64,000 nucleotides of DNA, taken from positions 121,334,001 through 121,398,000 of the forward strand of contig JANJGN010000016.1 of NCBI GenBank assembly GCA_026770705.1. Direction: 5' to 3'. The notes beneath the pieces are model-generated. The model did not search any database. It was not told the DNA's origin and worked only from the letters and a program-made list of their open reading frames with translations. A program made the position numbers and the translations under genes. Numbering within the stretch: the stretch's first letter is position 1; each line of letters begins with the position of its first letter. This document shows positions 63,934 through 64,000 of this stretch, in pieces. Source of the DNA: Isurus oxyrinchus. Taxonomy: Eukaryota.

Positions 63934-64000
63934 TTCAACACGCATGGTTGCCACATGTTTTATTTTCAAGTACGTTTCAATATTTTTTTTTTGTAACTAT

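Overview
Vertebrate nuclear DNA, not prokaryotic. The repeat families (CR1 LINEs, Deu-domain SINEs, Penelope-derived hairpins, Harbinger MITEs) suggest a cartilaginous fish; this is an inference. The only intact host gene is a five-exon R4-subfamily RGS gene, most like RGS4 (+ strand, CDS 50751-63512, 186 aa). It has a TATA box, an NF-kB-type site, and a ~4-kb near-palindromic 31-bp satellite in intron 2. The first ~50 kb is almost all nested transposons: CR1 and related LINEs, a full-length two-gene PIF/Harbinger element with many MITE relatives, Gypsy remnants, a solo LTR, Penelope remnants with hammerhead-ribozyme motifs, and SINEs. The most unusual object is a ~3.1-kb LTR-bounded unit (10094-13188) whose interior is a decayed RAI14/UACA-like coiled-coil sequence instead of gag/pol. 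All calls were made by eye without database searches, so boundaries of degraded repeats are approximate.
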